A DNA stretch of 64,000 nt, taken from an uncultured Nitrospiraceae bacterium. Its GTDB lineage: Bacteria; Nitrospirota; Nitrospiria; Nitrospirales; Nitrospiraceae. The stretch is from assembly GCA_963706325.1 (NCBI GenBank), contig CAVPLT010000001.1:192001-256000 (forward strand), written 5' to 3'. Position 1 is the stretch's first letter. Each line of letters starts with the position of its first letter. Below are positions 60,788-64,000 of the stretch, one piece after another. A program made the translations under genes and the position numbers. The notes below the pieces were generated by a model that was given only the letters and a program-made list of their open reading frames with translations, was not told where the DNA came from and searched no databases.

Positions 60788-61141
60788 TCAGGGCGAATGA
60801 GAATCCAGCATCCTAATGATCGCCTGAAGATCCCCTCTGACGCGCTGCGCCAGTTCTTTCTGCGATCCGCGCTTCTTCACGGTCGCTCGACCTCGACGCG
60901 CCCAGTAGCGTTTCACGCCAGCCAGCGTGTGCCCTTCGTCATAGAGCATGCGCTTAATCTCCAGCACCGTATCCACGTCTCGCTGGACATATAGTCGCTG
61001 ATTGCCACGACTTTTTTTTGGTTTGAGGAAGCTAAATTCAGACTCCCAAAACCGCAACACATAAGCCGGCAACTTCGAAAGCTTGCTGACTTCGCCGATT
61101 TTATAAAATACCTTACTCCCCAGTCTGGGCTCATTCCCCAT
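60788..61141 (-). CDS. MerR-family regulator (ihfA-linked)
   Basis: YKIGEVS, VLRFWESEF, GNQRLY; conserved ihfA-merR-tRNA-Pro-surE arrangement. Confidence 0.92.
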   Translation of the reverse strand: MGNEPRLGSKVFYKIGEVSKLSKLPAYVLRFWESEFSFLKPKKSRGNQRLYVQRDVDTVLEIKRMLYDEGHTLAGVKRYWARRGRATVKKRGSQKELAQRVRGDLQAIIRMLDSHSP

Positions 61142-61182
61142 GACCGGTCCTCATTCTGCGTGTACTCGTGGCAAGATAGCGA

Positions 61183-61458
61183 CTAAGAGTTAACGTATTT
61201 TTTAAACACCTGACTGGGCCGAAATGTCACTACCCGGCGAGGAGTGATCCCAATCTCTTCGCCGGTTCGCGGATTGCGTCCCTTGCGCGCGCCTTTGCTT
61301 CGAACGACGAAATTGCCGAATCCAGCGATTTTCACCGCATCGCCTTTTTGCAGAACTCCCTTCAGCAGGTTGAGCACGAGTTCGACGATATCGGCGGCAT
61401 CGTTTTTTGACACGCCGACCTGCTTGAAAATTTCATTCGCAATATCCGCCTTTCTCAT
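61183..61458 (-). CDS. ihfA: Integration host factor alpha
   Basis: VKIAGFGNF, RKGRNPRTGEEIGITPRRVVTFRPSQ. Confidence 0.92.
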   Translation of the reverse strand: MRKADIANEIFKQVGVSKNDAADIVELVLNLLKGVLQKGDAVKIAGFGNFVVRSKGARKGRNPRTGEEIGITPRRVVTFRPSQVFKKYVNS

Positions 61459-61541
61459 GCCTTTCCCCCCGCCATCCACTAGAGTCGTTCCTTAGGAAGT
61501 GCTTCTTGGTGTCGAGCGTCCAAGACAAAGAATTTCTCCAT

Positions 61542-61570
61542 AAGTTACGTGAGGTTACCTGCCCTGTCAA
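61542..61570 (-). promoter_or_regulatory. Sigma70-type promoter for ihfA
   Basis: Minus strand TTGACA-17 nt-TAACTT. Confidence 0.6.
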
Positions 61571-61602
61571 GGATTATGTGCGTCAGAATGGAGGTAGCAG
61601 TT

Positions 61603-63247
61603 CTAACGATCCGTCAGCAGCAATTTATACTCGATGCTATCCGCCAGCGCCTGCCAGCTGGCTTCCATAATGTTTTCTGATACGCCGACCGTTCCCCACT
61701 TATCTTTGTGATCTCCCGATTCGATCAACACTCGCACTTTGGACTCTGTCCCCTTATTGGCCGACAAGACGCGAACCTTATAATCCAGCAATTTGACTTC
61801 GCGAAGTTGTGGATAAAATTTTTCTAATGCCTTGCGAAGTGCATGGTCGAGTGCATTCACCGGGCCGGCACCCACCGCGGCCGTATGTTCAACCACATTG
61901 CCGACCTTCACCATCACCGTTGCCTCAGACAACAACATGCCCAACTCTTGTTTCTTCTCGACGATCACTCGAAAACCCAGTAACTGGAAGGACGGACAAT
62001 GACTCCCCATCGCTTTGCGCATCAACAATTCAAACGAGCCTTCGGCGCCTTCGAATTGATACCCTTGGCTTTCACGCTCCTTCAACGTTTCAACCAACTC
62101 CTGCAGCTTTGCGTGATTCTTGCTGAGCGAGATACCGTAGGCCTCGACCTTCTCCATGAGCCCGCTACGACCCGCATAATCGGACACTAACATCCGCTGA
62201 CGATTTCCCACTTCCGCCGGAGCAATATGCTCATAGGTTGCCGCGTTCTTGAGCACCGCATGGATGTGCACGCCCCCTTTATGGGCGAACGCCGCATCAC
62301 CTACGTACGGCTGCTGTTTATTGGGCATCAGATTGGCAATCTCAGTGACAAATCCCGATACGTCTTTCAGGCGCGTGAGATTTTTGCCGAGTAGCCGGCC
62401 GCCGCATCTTCAGCTGCAAGTTAGGAATAATGGAACACAGGTTCGCGTTTCCGCATCGCTCACCGATGCCGTTAATGGTTCCCTGCACCTGCAAAATTCC
62501 AGACTCGACCGCCACGAGCGAATTGGCCACCGCCATTTCACTATCGTTATGTGCATGAATCCCCAACGGCACGGGACACTCCTGCTTTACGATTCGGCAA
62601 ATTTCACGGATTTCCCATGGCATCGTGCCGCCGTTCGTGTCGCACAGAATCACTCGTTCGGCGCCACCCTCAATCGCCTTTCTGATTGTCTGCAAGGCAT
62701 ACTCTGGATTCGCTTTGTAGCCGTCGAAAAAATGTTCGGCATCGTAGAATACCCGACGATCTTTCGAACGAAGATAGTGTATTGAATCTTCGATAAGTTC
62801 CAGATTTTTGGAGAGTGAAATGCCTAGCGCATCCGTCACTTGGAACGACCAGCTCTTGCCGAAGAGCGTAATCGTATGCGTGCCGGACTCCAGTAATGCC
62901 TGAATGTTTTTGTCTTTACGGGCCGCATTGCTGGCCTTTCGAGTCGAACCGAAGGCCACGATGGTCGCATGCCGAAAAGGTATCGTTTTAACGATCCTGA
63001 AGAACTCGATGTCTTTTGGATTAGCGCCCGGCCACCCGCCTTCGATGAACTGCACCCCAAGCTCGTCGAGCTGTTGCGCGACACGAACTTTGTCCTCGAC
63101 AGAGAAACTGACATCCTCCGCTTGGGCGCCGTCGCGCAGCGTTGTATCGTAAATTTCCAGCGCAGCGGCCTGCGCCGTGGTGAGTGTCGGTACCGTAACA
63201 GGTTCTGCTGCATGGGATGGATGCGACCGTAGAGTTCGTGGTTTCAT
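61603..63247 (-). CDS. cimA: Citramalate synthase, split by a +1 frameshift near 62392
   Basis: YDTTLRDGAQ, GGWPGANPKD, DAEHFFDG, HAHND, GERCGNA in the 5' frame; AFAHKGG, GYQFEGAEGSFEL, GPVNALD in the 3' frame. Removing one base gives RRP.LGKNLTRLKDVSGFVTEIANLMPNK. Confidence 0.9.
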
Positions 63248-63320
63248 AGATATGAGAGTAGCAGGGACATGAATGGACTGTCGAGGATCCCGCAGGACCG
63301 GAGAGCGCTTCCGCCCCCTG

Positions 63321-64000
63321 TCAGCCCAGAGCAGGCGCCGATATCTGATCCAGCCCGAACGCCGTATGGAGTGTCCGCATGGCCAGCTCCAAGTACTTTT
63401 CGTCAATTACACAGGAAATTTTTATTTCCGATGTGCTGATCATCATGATGTTGACACCCTCACGTGACAGCACCTCGAACATCTTCGCCGCCACCCCGGA
63501 ATGCGACCGCATGCCCACCCCAATGAGAGAGACCTTGGCAATCGATTCGGTCACTGCCACCGACCGGGCGCCGATCTCCTGGGACAGGCGCTGGACCAGA
63601 TCGACGGCACTGCGCAAATCCGGCTTCGGAACCGTGAACGATATATCGGTCAATGGAAGCTTGACTCACGTTCTGAATGATCATGTCGACCACGATATTG
63701 GCATTCGCCACCGCTCCAAATACGCGCGCGGCAATGCCCGGGCGATCCGGCACGCCGACAATTGTGATCTTCGCCTGATTGCGGTCACCCGTCACTCCCG
63801 ACACCATGACCCCTTCCATATCGGCATCTTCACGCGTCACGAGCGTTCCCTTTCCTTCTTTGAAACTGGAATTGACCTCTACCGGTACGGCATATTTCGC
63901 CGCAAACTCGACCGACCGACTCTGCAGCACCTTCGCGCCGAGACTCGCCATTTCCAACATTTCTTCGTAAGAGATCTTATCTAAGCGACGTGCGGCCGGC
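63321..64000 (-). CDS. lysC: Aspartate kinase, 3' part, with a +1 frameshift near 63654
   Basis: [29 protein letters not shown], then [25 protein letters not shown] in the shifted frame. Confidence 0.93.

Noticed and set aside
62380..63665. Programmed ribosomal frameshifting in cimA or lysC
   Set aside because: No slippery heptamer or stimulatory structure; single-base errors are the simpler explanation.

Overview
Bacterial chromosomal window, most likely from a Nitrospira-like organism (inferred from gene content and the style of the small hypothetical proteins; no database check was possible). Most of it is core genome: a perR-rubrerythrin-Fe-S oxidoreductase stress locus, rmlC, HU, tRNA-Arg(CCG) and tRNA-Lys(CTT), a three-gene lysine-catabolism-like operon, ricT, EVE, thrH, recQ, an alginate-export-family porin with tatA/tatB, a lipid A modification cluster, an M1 peptidase with a TolB-like protein, ftsY-ybeY-phoH, a large type IV pilus accessory locus (PilY1, two minor-pilin cassettes, PilB-like ATPase, pilD), rlmB-cysS-dedA-surE, tRNA-Pro(GGG), merR-ihfA, cimA and lysC. 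An approximately 7.5 kb low-coding-density accessory region starts at the tRNA-Lys 3' end with a decayed tyrosine integrase. It carries small unannotated proteins, one behind a sigma54 promoter, and an operon of two exported His-rich DUF1264/OBAP-like paralogs plus a c-type cytochrome, which is my best candidate for an undescribed system. A structured leader upstream of the porin is a candidate cis-regulatory RNA. The reading-frame breaks in the porin, cimA and lysC look like sequencing or assembly indels.
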